Origin: Mustelus asterias
Taxonomy: Eukaryota
DNA length: 64,000 nucleotides
Assembly: GCF_964213995.1 (NCBI RefSeq)
Contig: NC_135807.1
Coordinates: forward strand, 63,488,001 to 63,552,000
Reading direction: 5' to 3'
Shown here piece by piece: positions 48,490-60,052 of the stretch. The position numbers and the translations under genes were made by a program. The notes below the pieces were generated by a model that was not told the origin of the DNA, did not search any database, and saw nothing but the letters and a program-made list of their open reading frames with translations. Position 1 is the first letter of the stretch; every line of letters begins with the position of its first letter.

Positions 48490-48774
48490 AAGAAGTCTCA
48501 CAACACCAGGTTAAAGTCCAATAGGTTTATTTGGAATCACGGGCTTTCGGAGCGCGGCTCCTTCATCAGATGAGTGGAGGTAGGTTCACAAACATGGCAT
48601 ATATAGGCAAAGACACAATTGCAAGATAATTATAGATTGGAATGTGAAAAATGGCATTCCAACCAGTGCTCTGAAAGCTCGTGAATCCAAACAAACCTGT
48701 TGGACTTAAACCTTGTGTTGTGAGACTTCTTAATGTGCCCACCCCAGTCCAATGTCGGCATCTCCACATCAGGC
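48490..48774 (+). mobile_element. Penelope-like terminal-repeat derivative (same family as 4007-4213)
   Basis: Inverted arms, 3' tail, and a 12-bp flanking duplication TAACCTCCCATT (48478-48489 / 48775-48786). Confidence 0.78.
48537..48573 (-). ncRNA. Minimal type-I hammerhead ribozyme-like motif (probably mutated)
   Basis: Minus strand UCAU-CUGAUGA-AGGAGC-CGC-GCUCC-GAAA-GCCC-GUGA: intact core boxes, stem II and stem I. GCCC replaces the GCUC seen in sister copies. Confidence 0.55.
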
Positions 48775-49420
48775 TAACCTCCCATTGGCTTTGGACAAGG
48801 GATAGATTTCCCCCCTGGCACATTGCTGCATGGTATTATAATGGAGGAGAATTTGTCACAACAGTGTTTCCAGCGAAGGAGAATAAAGCATCATGGCAGA
48901 GGTCAACAGGCATCAAGTCCAGCCCTCTGACACCACCTCCCACCCCACACTACACTGTATGTGCAATTCACACCAGTCCTATGAAGACCTCTCTGAGGAG
49001 CTGTGGAACTCAGTACACCTGATTTGCAATACTTTTAATTTTACAATCATTTAAACATGTCAGTAAAGGATAGAACAAAAAACATTGTGCGCATTGAAAT
49101 CTGGTGTGCAGACCCTTGAGCACAGTTTCCTCAGTTATACTCCAACTAAACAAGATTGCCTTTGCAATTTCAAGGTTGTAGTGGGGCACCTATAATAATG
49201 GAACATCCTGATATTGGCAATACAAATGCTTAAAATGGTATATGTTGCATTAAAAATCAGTAGTTTTCTTTTAAGATTGCAACACACAGTAGAGAATTGA
49301 TAATAGATTATTTCGCTCACGTCACTTGAAAGTGAGTTCAGAACACATGCAAACTATTATTTATGCTTTGTATAGAGATCACAACATCAAAGATAACAAA
49401 TCCTATGCAAATAAGTATAC

Positions 49421-49579
49421 CTTTGGGCTGTACTTTTAGATGCACTGGGACAAGTTTAACTTGTACGATACTGATAGCCTGGCATTCATATTGGCCCTGA
49501 TCATGAAGGGCTACATCCACAATTCTCAGAGTTCCTGTGGGTAATACTGCATGTCTTCTGTCATTGGGAAGCTGACCTC
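49421..49579 (-). CDS. PXDNL: Peroxidasin-family exon (Ig3 C-terminal half), 159 nt
   Basis: Acceptor tttatattacag|, donor AAG|gtatac. Encodes (G)[52 protein letters not shown]. Confidence 0.94.
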
Positions 49580-49959
49580 CTGTAATATAAAGTAGGGAAG
49601 TATTTCTTCAGTCAATGCAAAACAAAATATCGTTAAAATAATAAATCGCTAAAACAGCAGTAAATATAAAACTTTTTTCCATTGATGCTGTGGACCTTTT
49701 GCTCCATAATAATCACAAAGTGGAAAATAAATTAAGAAAAAAGTCAATGACTTGGCATTCCTGTTTAGGGCGACATGACCAGTTAGATGTGGAGTGAAAA
49801 TTTTCCTATTGATAAAATTGAACCAGTTGTTATCTGAGACTTGAGTGTCACATGTTCCATTAATTGTTCCTTGCAGCAATGAGAATTTGGCCAATCTGTA
49901 GATAATTCTTCCTCTTTGTCTCCATCTGTGGTAAAGATATAAATCATGCAGCCCTCCAC

Positions 49960-50850
49960 AAAAGGAACATAAGGCCAGAAGGAGGCAATTCAGCTTCTTG
50001 AATCCATTCTGTCATTAAATTAGTTCATAGCTGATCACAACTCCATTTACCTGCCATTGTTCCATATCCCTTTGATATCCTTAATTAATAAGGATAAATC
50101 TGTACCTCAGTCATAGAAACTGGAATTGACCCAGTAGCCACAGCCTTCTGAGGGAGAAAATTTCAGATTTGCTCTAATTTCAGGATTGTACCCTCTTGTT
50201 CCAGACTCCCCAACGGAGAAAGTAGCTTTGCTGTATCCTTGAATCCTTTTGTCATTTAATCATTCTAATTTGATGATCCTTCAAACTTCCATACTCAAGG
50301 GAATGCAAACCAAGTATATGCAACCTTTTGCATTTACCTATATGCAACCTGCCACGATTCAAACTGCTAAATTTGCTGATGGCACATAGATAGGGTAGAA
50401 AACAAGTTGTCCAGGGATCATGGGGGCCGGAATTTTACCCCTGGAATCAGGACGGGCAAAGCTCGGAAAACAACATTCTCTGTTGGCCTCAGGCGGGATC
50501 GTACGAAGCTCGGGCGGACGTGCCAGTAAAATTCCGCCCCCGGCGTCTGCAAATGGATTTAGATAGTTTAAATGAGTGGCGAAAAATTTGCTACTTGGAG
50601 TATAAAGTGGGAAAATTTGAACTTGTTCACTTTGGCAAGAAGATAGAAAAGCAGTATATAATATAAATGGAGAAAGGTTGCAAAATGCTACAGTAGAGAG
50701 GGATCCGGGTGTCATGGTACATGAATCACAAGAAGTTGGTATGCGGCTGCAGCAAGTAATTAGAAAGCCAAATGAAATGTTGGCATTTATTATGAGGGAA
50801 ATGGAATGAACATACAAACATGAATTAGGAGCAGTAGTAGATCAAAGGAA
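49960..50850. mobile_element. Inverted CR1 fragments (49960-50360 minus; 50360-50850 plus)
   Basis: The minus 3' end abuts a plus RT fragment (KFADG...LQMDLDSLNEW...QQVIRKPNEMLAFI). Confidence 0.7.
50424..50540. mobile_element. 117-bp MITE inserted in CR1
   Basis: 15-bp TIRs GGGCCGGAATTTTAC / GTAAAATTCCGCCCC; flanks TGG / CGG. Confidence 0.8.
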
Positions 50851-50853
50851 GTG

Positions 50854-51435
50854 TTGATTTGATTTGATTTGATTTATTATTGTCACATGTATTGGGATAG
50901 AGCAAAAAGTATTGTTTCTTGCATGCTATACAAACAAAACATACTGGTCATAGGGAAGAAGAAAAGGAGAGGGTGCAGAGTATAGTGTTATAGTCATGGC
51001 TAGGGTGTAGAGAAATAATATAGTGGCTTAATATATGATAGGCCCTTTCGAAAGTCTGATTGTTGCAGGGAAGATTTGATTTGATTTGATTTTTGTTTCG
51101 ATTTGTTATTGTCACATGTATTAACATACAGTGAAAAGTATTGTTTCTTGCGCACTACACAGACAAAGCATACCGTTCATTGAGAAGGAAACGAGAGAAT
51201 GCAGAATGTAGTGTTACAGTCATAATTAGGGTGTAGAGAAAGATCAACTTAATGCAAGGTAAATCCATTCAAAAGTCTGACAGCAGCAGGGAAGAAGCTG
51301 TTCTTGAGTCGGTTGGTACGCGACCTCAGACTTTTGTATCTTTTTCCCGACGGAAAAAGGTGGAAGAGAAAATGTCCGGGGTGCGTGGGGTCCTTAATTA
51401 TGCTGGCTGCTTTGCCGAGGCAGCAGGAAGTGTGA
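50854..51435 (-). mobile_element. Two tandem LINE 3' ends with (ATCAA)n tails (Rex1-like)
   Basis: (TTTGA)n at 50854 and 51075, each followed by TTATTGTCACATGTATT...AAAAGTATTGTTTCTTGC. Confidence 0.7.
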
Positions 51436-53258
51436 CTCAGACTTAGGAGTCCTCCGAGTAGGTCTCCAGGTACCAGAGATCTTGGCTGTCACTTTCTCCT
51501 CCTGCTGTGGACAAGTGTCCGTGAGGTGATCTATGAGCCATCAAGGTGTGTGCCTCTGGGCCGCTGGTTGCTGCAGGTGAATGATACAATGGCTCTACAG
51601 GTGATAAGTCATCCTCTTCGAGGTTTCCTGTAGATTGGGGCTGACTTCAGGCGAGGGTTGGCCTCACTTGCTTCCCGCTGGCACATGGAATGGAGAGAGA
51701 GAATGAGTGACAGCCTCGGCTCAAACTTGGCATTCATCAATCACCTTGATTTTCTCAGGTTGTCTTGATTATATATGCTCCCTTACTAGACAGTTGAGGG
51801 CATCAACCTTGCTGGTGGTACAGGTATGGTCATGGTCCTTCCCTGCCAGCTTGGCAGTCTGCTGTTCAAATTGTGAGAGGAGGCTTAGGTATCCTCCCTC
51901 CCGCTTTCTTCCTCTTTCTCCTGTGGTGGGCCACCTTCTCCTGCATGAAGCCAGATCGATGGATTGTGAGCACGTATGATGAAAGGTCCTAATTCTGTGG
52001 CTATTAATTGATCTCATGACTCCCCAAAACCTGACCACCAGACGCATGGCACAAGTGAGGAGTGATATGGAATAGTGCCCAGATGCCTGGATGAGTGCAG
52101 CTCCCAGTACACTCAGGCTCAAAGCAGACAGCTGATTGACATGCTATCCAGCACCCTCAATATTCAGTTCTGCCACCACCTGTGCACAGCAGCAGCTGTG
52201 TACACCATGTAGAAGATGCACTGCAGCAAGTCACCAAGCTCTTGGAACAGCACTCTCCAAACCTACGAGGTCTACCTGCTAGAAGCAGGAGCATAGCTGG
52301 CACATGGAATCAGCAGTCTTTGCAGTTGCCCTGTGCCTTCACTGTGGCTGGGTGAAAACGCTGCAGTACCCTCCCAAATAGCACATCACATGGGCTGCAG
52401 CCCTTCATGTTGTCAAGGCCATTTAGGGGTGAGCAAGAGAAATGTTGGCCTTGCCAGTGGCATCCGGTCCTATGAGACAAACATCGATGAGGTGAGGTAT
52501 ACTGGAAGAGTACAAGGTTCATTTACCATGACTCTTTACCTGCACTGAACGGCGGTTCTCCTCTGCACCTCATGGGTATTGACTGCCATGGCTATCTCCT
52601 CCCTGGCCACAGTGGTTAGCTGGGATGGCCCCTTGTAGCCATCCTTGGGGAAGAGGACTTTGCTGAAATGTCTCCAGGAGATGCTCCAGGGATGGGTTGC
52701 TGAAGTGGAGAGCTATGGCTTGCTGCCTTCTGCGACTCATCCTTACCTTCTTCCAGTTAGTGAAGGGCTGACCAGGTGCCTTTTAAATAGGGTGCCCAGA
52801 CATGACAGAGAGGCACTCGACTTCCCGCCATCCTCGCCATGAGTCTTGATACGAATTGCGCACATGCGTGACTCATAAGGCGGGTAGTGCATAATTGCGC
52901 ATAAAAGCTTGCCTCGCTCTGCATTGTGAATTACTCCGGCTTTCTCACCCTGCCATGGAACTTCGGGTGGGAGGGGATGATTCCGTCCTTTATGTTAAAA
53001 GAAACTGTGAATGGTGATCAAAACCTTAAGAGAAGGAAGCTTTGATATGTTGAACATTAAAATTTATGAAGGGTAGCAGTTCCCCATGAAGTAAGTATTT
53101 GATTAGAACAATATTATCCTTGAAATCACTTGCAGACAGCTTGTTAATTTGCAATGATGCTGCCTGAAATTTAAATGTAAAATGTCCTTATGAATCAATT
53201 ATGATACAATCCTTATATAATATACTATGATGATGAAAGTCCACTTTGTGTAAAATAC

Positions 53259-53375
53259 CTGCTTTGGTCCAAGCGATGACTGGAATTGGATTACCTTCAG
53301 CTGAACAGTCAAAATCTACAGTACGCCCCTCAATGACTTCCTGGTCCTTTGGTTTAATTGTGAATCTAGGGGGAG
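53259..53375 (-). CDS. PXDNL: Peroxidasin-family exon (Ig3 N-terminal half), 117 nt
   Basis: Acceptor ttttatgtccag|, donor CAG|gtattt. Encodes (A)PPRFTIKPKDQEVIEGRTVDFDCSAEGNPIPVIAWTKA. Confidence 0.95.
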
Positions 53376-53738
53376 CTGGACATAAAACAAATGTAGTAAT
53401 TAACATTGAATATTATCAATAGATAAATCTGGAGAAAATAAATCAACTAAACTCCCATATTGCAGTACTTCTTTGCGTTTATGTAAACCTAATGAAGCAT
53501 GGCAGCTATAAATAAAACATGACACGCTATCCAACCAAGCAGAGTATCTGAGCACAGATAGATTAATGCATACCTAAAAATTGATCTAAATCACTTAATT
53601 ATTCCAGACTTGACAGCCATATAAGTTAATGGAATTGGCTATAAATAATGCTGCAGTTGCGGAGTCATTTCCCATGATACGCTAGTTAACATAATAACAC
53701 TTACTTGTCATGTGCTCATTGGTCCAATCAACATACAC

Positions 53739-54041
53739 TCCCTATAGTGCAGAAGGAAGCCATTTGGCCCATTCAATGAGTCTCTGAAAGAGCATCTTAC
53801 CCAGGTCCACATGTCCAGACCCCACCCACACCCCCAACCCGCCCTATCCCCATAATCCCACCTAACCTAGATGCCCGGGACACTAAGGGATGATTTAGCA
53901 TGGCCAGTCCACCTAACCTGCACATCTTTGGACAGCAGGAGAAAACCAGAGTACCTGGAGGAAACCCACGCAGACACGGGGAGAACGTGCAGACCCCACA
54001 CAGTCACCCGGGTCCCTGGCACTGTGAGGCAGCAGTGCTAA
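53739..54041 (-). mobile_element. HE1-type V-SINE
   Basis: Reverse-complement V core GGAGGAAACCCACGCAGACACGGGGAGAACGTGCA. Confidence 0.88.
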
Positions 54042-54819
54042 GATCAAATCATACACTTAAATGCATTTGAAACAAGAGCAAAGCCTGGATTCTTTGTACC
54101 AATCAGCAAAATAGCAGCAGGTAGGAATTTCACCTGCTTAGATGATCCCGCACTCCCCCTCCCCTCCATGTTCCTTTGCAAGGGGTGGGAGCTAACATCA
54201 TATACAGGCCTGGTTTAGAGTGGAAATCTTGTTTGTGAATGGTTCCCTGCCATTCAAAGAAAGAAAATGCAGAACATCCTGCAGCTTAAAGAGCCAAGAG
54301 CACACTATGTTCATTATTTCTTAAAGTGAAACTAGAAGTATCCATCTAAATGGAAGCTTGACTCAATTCCACACCATTGCAGTGTAAATAAGTAGGGATG
54401 AATGAGACTGTTAACAAGCACAATGCATGTTTGCCAAAACACTCCCAGCTCCCCAGCCATTTATGGTCAAACATCCCATCATTCCACTCTTTCATATCAA
54501 ATTTCCTGCAGTGTTTGAGTGAAAGTGGAAGAGGTTGCCTCATTGCCTGCACCTGAGAGAATGATTAGAATTGAATGTCCACATACAGATGGGTGAAAGT
54601 ATTACTATAACTGTGCCAGCTGCCTGTCAATATCTGGTTGTACTTTGTGAAGAAGGAGCACGCTTGCAATCAAAAAACAAAGAAGTGGCATGGGTGAAGG
54701 AATGGAACATGTCATCCTGTGAATAGAGATGTGGAGGAAGCTCTGGAGCTCCTGGGCATCCTAAGGAATGTGTGGGAGATGGAGATGAATTGTCAGGTTC
54801 AGGTTTACAATGGAGTTTG

Positions 54820-55205
54820 CTGTCAGCTGTGGCTCACTCTCACCTCGAGTCAAAAGGTTGTGGTTCAAGTCCCACTCTAGAGGACGTAAGAACAAAAAAT
54901 AATTTTGACAACACTAAAGGAGTGCTGCACTGTTGGAGGTGTTGTCTTTCAGATGATTTGGTAAACTGAGGTCCTGCCTGTTCTCTCAGGTGGACTTGAA
55001 AGTTCCCATCATGCTACTTTGAAGAAAAGCAGAGGAGCTATCCTCAGTGTCCTGGCCAACATTTATCCCTCTATCAACATCTCAAAAGCAAAATATCTGG
55101 TCATTATCACATTGCTGTTTGTGGGAGCTTGTTGTGCACAGTTGGATGCCACATTTCCTATATTACAACAGTGACTGGTGAGACTATCAAAGTGTGAAAT
55201 CACTG
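54820..55205 (+). mobile_element. SacSINE1-like DeuSINE
   Basis: tRNA-like head GGTTCAAGTCCCACTC, Deu-like core CTTTCAGATGA...TAAACTGAGGTCC...GTGTCCTGGCCAACATTTATCCCTC, tail TTGCTGTTTGTGGGAGCTTG. Remnants also near 26290-26520 (-) and 43495-43640 (+). Confidence 0.7.
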
Positions 55206-58200
55206 AGTGGAATGAGCTGGAAGAGATTGATGAAGATACAGTAGAAGACACAGCAATGACTCCACTGTGCTGCGGACAGTCCGCTCTGTAAAAGATCTAT
55301 TATTCGGGAGCATAGACTTCATGTGCAAGCAGTGGAGACAGTCACTTCTTATTTGGTTGTACTTAGCGAATAGGTCGAAGAAATCCACAAACTACATCTG
55401 TGATGTCTGAAGGAGTTATGGCCTGACCCGAAGAACAAGGTGAGTGTAGTAGTCCAAGAAATTTGCACAGAACAGCATTTCATGAGGAACTCTTATGGGC
55501 AATTATTCTTTTATAGTGACAGCAAAGACTGCATTCCCTGAAGAGCACCCCAGCTCTGATCAGAACTCTCCATGGACTTAATTGGGGATATTTGGCTTGC
55601 TCTAATTCAGACCATTAGCCCAGTTAAGACTGTGCTTGTGATAGTGACAATGGGGCTGCATCATTTCAACTCATTCCAATGCCTGCACAAGAGGAGACTC
55701 CTGGTCTTGGCCTGGTAGGCATTTGACAGGAACTAACATCACGTCGTTGGAAGGTTTTATGTGGACATCATTATTACATTTCTTAAGGGTCCATTGGTTT
55801 AGATGAGGTTGACAAGCGGCAGAAAGAGAAGGGGCTATGAATCCAACCTTGAGGGACCATAAAACTAATAATGCAAGAGCAAAAAGAAAATACATTGTTA
55901 AACTAAAAACAGCATTAACATTTTGAGTACAAGTCATATGGACTCAACACATTTATTGTTTCTCTCTCCATGGATGCTGCCAGACCTGCTGAGTTTTTCC
56001 AGCATTTTTTGTTTTTACTTGAGGTTTCCAGCATTCACAGTATTTTGCTTTTACTCATGCAGTAAGCAGCAGTGCTCTCAATTACCTCTTTGGTGAAGCA
56101 CACTTGTCTTGCATACATCTTCTCTGTGTGACTCATTTATTCTACTGGGGTTGGGGGAGGGGATTAATAGGTAGTGGGTTGTATTTGCTTTAAATGTTAC
56201 TTCAAATCTATTGCTTCCAACCAATGCTGCTCTTCCTCATCATCCATATGGACACACGTGTGTATGCCATTGGGAATGCTGACTCCTGAGAAGGACTGGC
56301 TAATGTGCGATCAGGGTTGAATACCCTCGGTGGTCTGGCTGTCAAAAATAGCACAAAAGTTGTATATGGTTAAAAAAAGAATCACATCAAAAAATGTTCA
56401 CCCAGCTGCAGAAATCACTCTTGATACTTTCCAGGCTCAGAAACTCCTCAACTCTGCCAGTCCCAGATAATACTGGCAGCTGCTGCACCTTCCTCATCCT
56501 TCATAAAATCCACGATGAGTGAATTGCAGGTGCAAAATCAGGAAACTTGGAGTTGCAACACTTATTCTAACAGATGCAACGGAGGCCACTTGGGACCATT
56601 GCAGAAAAGGCCAAACAACATGAGGGAAATGGAAGCAATTTTATACTGGAACAACTTATTCTCAATTTTTTTGCCACAAAGAAGTTATTAGCCCATTTAC
56701 GCACAGGAAACATGCTGAAAATAGTGGATAAGTTCACCCCCTGCAATCCAGTAAATTTGGTTAAATAAAGACTAGAGCATAGAGCCATGACTCAAACATT
56801 GTTAACCAATACCTTTCATCAACAAAGAAAACAGAGGATTGTAAAGTGAATCTGACGCAAACTCTATTTGAAGCTGAAGTTTGGATCCAGCACTTGGAAC
56901 ATTTTCATAGCTTTTTTACCCCCCTCAAAAAGGCATGTAACAGTTGCAGGCAATCTTTGAGTGGAAAAATTGGAAAGTTCATTCCAGAACAATCATCCAT
57001 TCTGGCTGCATTTAAAAATGTAGCAGTAAAGTGAGTTCCTGCAAGTAACAAGTGGCCCCAGGACAGAGTAAACAGACAGGTGGAAGAAAGGATGGAAGGG
57101 TAAAAGATTAGAAATGGATGCATAAAATGATAAAAGAATTTGGCATAAAAACATAAAAATTTGGACAAGGGGAAAAGACAAAAAATAGGTTTTACTGAAT
57201 GTGTAGTGAGCTGTGTACAAGGTCCTTGACTTTTGAATAAAGGAATTCATAGTTGTTGCAGACAATCAGAAATTGAGGTTTGATAGAGGATAGCATCTAA
57301 AAGAATAACATAATTGTCACTTTTAATCCTGGCAGTCTTGACAGGATCGTATTGATTGCCCAATTTTACTTTTCATTGACCTCAACTGAAAATTAAATCA
57401 GGCAAGATATAGCTGGGCAGCCATCTATTTCCGTTAGTTCACTGCTGAGCAGGTTAACTTAATATTACCCCCTAAAGTAAAAGCTTAGAAGATAACAATC
57501 ATGCTCAATATGGACAATGTAGACTGCGGTAGAACAAATAGAAAATGTCCAGGAGCACAGGCACAGCAAGAGAGAGGGAAGCATAAGGCGCATAAGATTA
57601 ACTTCTTTATAGGTACAAGGGAATTTTGAGATGCATCAAATTAGGAAATGTAATTTAAGTAACCAAACAACTGAATCTTCATTGCGGATTCCTGGACATC
57701 TATTACTGTTCTAATTGAGTGAGAAGTAATTTGCACGGAGAGAAATCATTTGTTGAATAAAACATGGGGTAGAATTTTAAGGATAGTGAGTGTTCAGCAT
57801 TTGCCATCCTGAGAGTCGGCGCCTAAAGTGCAATCGTCAACTCTCTAACTCCCACTGCCATTTAATGCTCACTTGAACATTGATTGGCGTTGTGCGGGAC
57901 TTCTATCCACCCTTGGAAGGAAGTTCCGGCTGTGAGAGCGTCAGCTAATCATATTGGCCAACAGCTTTCCAACATGGCTGGAAGCAGTGCCACAATGGCT
58001 AGAAGCGCTCTGAGTGGAACCAAGTCCTGGGTGTCTGAGGGGCAGGAGAACCATAGAATCCCTACAGTGCAGATGGGCCATTTGGTCCACCTAGTTTGCA
58101 CTGACTCTCCGAAAAAGCATTTCACCTAGGCCCTCTCTGCCCTTACATCAATGATATCCCAGTCTATATTTGGATAATTGTAGTCCCCTATACTAAGTAC

Positions 58201-58330
58201 TCTGTAATTTTTGCACCTTTTTGGAACGTTTTGCAGATTTATTCCTCTACATCCTTCCCACTAGTTGATGGCCTATGGAATACAACAAGAAATGTAATGC
58301 ACCTATTTTGTTTCTTAACTCCAGCCATAT

Positions 58331-58675
58331 GGGCGGCATGGTAGCACAGTGGTTAGCACTGCTGCTTCACAGCTCCAGGGACCTGGGTTCGATTTCCGGC
58401 TTGGGTCACTGTCTGTGTGGAGTTTGCACATTCTCCTCATGTCTGCGTGGGTTTCCTCCGGGTGCTCCAGTTTCCTCCCACAGTCCAAAGATGCGCGGGT
58501 TAGGTTGATTGGCCATGCTAAAATTGCCCCTTAGTGTCCTGAGATGTGTAAGTTAGCAGGATTAGCGGGTAAATATGTAGGGATATGGGGGTAGGGCCTG
58601 GGTGGGATTGTGGTTGGTGCAGACTCGATGGGCCAAATGGCCTCTTTCTGCACTGTAGGGTTTCTATGATTCTAT
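58331..58675 (+). mobile_element. HE1-type V-SINE, full length, young
   Basis: Intact A and B boxes, V core, tail GGGTTTCTATGATTCTAT. Confidence 0.93.
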
Positions 58676-59227
58676 ATAGATTCTGTCCTTTCCCCTCCAG
58701 GCCATTCTTTTTCTCCAGCACTGCAATGCCCTTCTTAATACTATCACCCTTCCTCCTTTTCTGCCTTTCCTATCTTTCCAGAACACCTATACCCGGGACA
58801 TTTAACACCCGGTCCTGCTCTTCTTGAGTTAACATATATATATTGTATATGCCACAACTTCATATCGCCATTTGGCAATCTGTGCCTATAACTCATCAAT
58901 ATTATTTATTACACTCCATACATTCACATACACGCACAGTAATCCTGACTTACACTCCATTACTTTCTCCTCTCCTCTGACCTCACCTATTCCCTGCTCT
59001 AATGTGAATTACCTTTCCCAATGTCCTGTGCACCTTGGTATTCCTCTCTGATATTATTTCCTGGTTCCCACACCCTTGCCAAGCTAGTTTAAAACCTTTC
59101 CAACCGTATTAGCAAAGTACCCCACATCAAACCCCTGGCTCTGTTCAGGTGCAAACTGTACAAATCTGAATTTAAGAATCATTACTTTTAGAACTTTAAT
59201 ATTGTCCATTGTCGATTATCATGTATC

Positions 59228-59283
59228 TACTGCTCAGAAATTGGCAGGTCATGCTGCAGCTGTACAGAACCTTAGTTAGGCCT

Positions 59284-59315
<32 letters not shown>

Positions 59316-59829
59316 ACACTTCCAGAAGGATGTGGATGCTTTGGAGAGGGTACACAAGAGGTTTACCAGGATGTTGCCTGGTCTGGAGGGTATTAGCTAT
59401 GAGGAAAGGTTGGATAAACTTGGTTTGTTCTCATTGGAACAACGGGGGTTGAGGGGTGACCTGATAGAAGTTTACAAGATTATGAGAGGCGTGGACAAAG
59501 TGGATAGTCAGATGCTCTTTCCTAGGACAGAAAAATCAGGTACTAGGGGACATAGGTTTAAGGTGCATGGAGAAAAGTTTAGAGGAGATGTGTGAGACAT
59601 GTTTTTTACACAGAGGGTGGTGAATGTCTGGAATGTGCTTTCTGGGGAGGTGGTGGGAGCAGGTACGATAGCGGCATTTAAGGGGCATCTAGATGAATAC
59701 ATGAATAAGATGGGAATGGAAGGATATGAACTCTGTAAGTGCATACAGTTTTAGCTTAGGCTGGTGTCATGATCAGCGCAGGCTTGGAGGGCCGAAGAGC
59801 CTGTTCCTGTGCTGTACTGTTCTTTGTTC
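59228..59829 (+). mobile_element. Young CR1 LINE 3' fragment
   Basis: LYRTLVRPHLEYCVQFWS...LERVHKRFTRMLPGL...LRGDLIEVYKIMRG...TRGHRFKV. Confidence 0.93.
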
Positions 59830-59927
59830 AGATACATTTGTCAGCAGGGGAAGCAGTGGTTGCCAGTATACATTCCACACTAACTGTTCTATGTGGCAAT
59901 TTTGTTACAGGCACAGAAATAACCTTA

Positions 59928-60052
59928 GGTGGGATTTTATGGCCTCGCACGAGCGAGACCGGAAATTCCTGCCCGAGGTCAACGGACATTTCCGTTGTCG
60001 GCCCCTCGTCCGTTCCGATTCCGTGGCGGGCGAGGCAGTAACGTTCCAGCGC
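59928..60052 (+). mobile_element. Short Harbinger-type MITE
   Basis: Flanked by TTA/TTA; homologous to 61806-61950 in the opposite orientation. Confidence 0.7.

Noticed and set aside
58331-58410. tRNA genes at SINE heads
   Set aside because: The A/B boxes run directly into V-SINE core and LINE-derived tail, and the heads occur in many diverged copies.
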